Shown in pieces: positions 63,514 to 64,000 of a stretch of 64,000 nt of DNA (the first letter of the stretch is position 1; each line of letters begins with the position of its first letter). Position numbers and translations under genes: made by a program. Origin of the DNA: an uncultured Candidatus Saccharibacteria bacterium (lineage in GTDB: Bacteria; Patescibacteriota; Saccharimonadia; Saccharimonadales; UBA4665); the NCBI GenBank assembly GCA_964439405.1, contig CAYTOC010000003.1, positions 20,480-84,479 of the forward strand. Direction: 5' to 3'. The notes under the pieces were generated by a model. It worked only from the letters and a program-made list of their open reading frames with translations, was not told the origin of the DNA and did not search any database.

Positions 63514-64000
63514 ATGAGCGAAGTACATACAACTCAGCCAGTATTTGACGGTACGCTTGCATCACTCGATGTAGTGTATGGAAGTCTGCGCTTTGAAGCG
63601 GATAAGTTTCGAGGTCTGCTTAGTGGTGACTATACGTCAAAGCGCTTTGGTGACGGTTTTGAAACCGATGGCGTACGTGAGTTTGAGTACGGTGATGATC
63701 CCCGGTATTTGGACTATGCAGAAATGGCCAAAGATCCGCTAAACCGGCTTTGGATTCGGCGTCACTACCGTGATATCACTCCTAGTGTTGCAATTGTGAC
63801 AGACGCGCTGACCGACCGCTACGATGTACCGGTGCCAGGTTATTTTTCGGAAAAGCAACTAGTGCTTTCTGGGGTTATGGCTGCCGCTATTATTGCTGAG
63901 CAGCATGGGATGCCGCATGCGTTGATTACAGGGGATGACAAACTGAGCCGCAACCCGTTTAAACAGACGCGTAAAAGTTTAGTCGCTGACGCACAGCGGC
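63514..64000 (+). CDS. DUF58 domain protein (3' end outside window)
   Basis: SKRFGDGFETDGVREFEYGDDPRYLDY is the DUF58 signature. Follows moxR. Confidence 0.8.
   Translation, partial: MSEVHTTQPVFDGTLASLDVVYGSLRFEADKFRGLLSGDYTSKRFGDGFETDGVREFEYGDDPRYLDYAEMAKDPLNRLWIRRHYRDITPSVAIVTDALTDRYDVPVPGYFSEKQLVLSGVMAAAIIAEQHGMPHALITGDDKLSRNPFKQTRKSLVADAQR

Noticed and set aside
1-64000. Looked for CRISPR arrays, rRNA genes, reverse transcriptases (retron/DGR/group II intron), transposases and IS inverted repeats.
   Set aside because: No regularly spaced direct repeats were seen. No RT-like (YxDD) or DDE-transposase-like ORF appears in the six-frame track. The only recombinase is the serine recombinase at 31057-33057.

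Overview
Gene-dense bacterial chromosome read with the standard genetic code. Housekeeping content: the dnaK 3' end and a J-protein, yebC, ruvCAB, recA-recX, tsaEB, rny-ymdB, glyA, folD, murA/B/D/I, murT-gatD, and eight tRNAs that all encode CCA. Envelope and surface content: a complete secretin-less type IV pilus operon (pilB-pilC-pilA-minor pilins-pilMNO), a sortase, an MprF-like protein, and many small membrane proteins. A truncated TsaB, a cysteine-free DnaJ and the absence of biosynthetic operons fit a reduced-genome Patescibacteria/CPR (Saccharimonadia-like) organism with a Gram-positive-type wall; this is inference only. The main accessory feature is a ~5.7 kb element integrated into the 3' end of tRNA-Pro(UGG), at 31240-36995, bounded by an 18-bp direct repeat. 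It carries a large serine recombinase whose reading frame runs across the attachment site. Its cargo is a Zn-ribbon/DUF4145 protein, a promoter-to-terminator structured RNA, a degenerate TM2-like mini-protein, a convergent stand-alone OLD-family (ABC-ATPase + Toprim) nuclease, and two tiny ORFs. This cargo is my best candidate for an undescribed defence or abortive-infection-type module. Other loci worth a second look: a LuxI/FeeM-like GNAT + ThiF/E1-like + histidine kinase cassette with a divergent receiver-only regulator; an XRE-HTH::MurA fusion whose -10 box lies inside a perfect 9-2-9 palindrome; a membrane-anchored Clp-like AAA+ protein; and a RimK/RimB-like glutamylation cluster. First genes of transcription units also recurrently have a -10 hexamer only 5-9 nt upstream of the ATG, suggesting leaderless mRNAs. 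No CRISPR array, rRNA, reverse transcriptase or transposase was seen. All family assignments come from reading motifs by eye; no database search was run.
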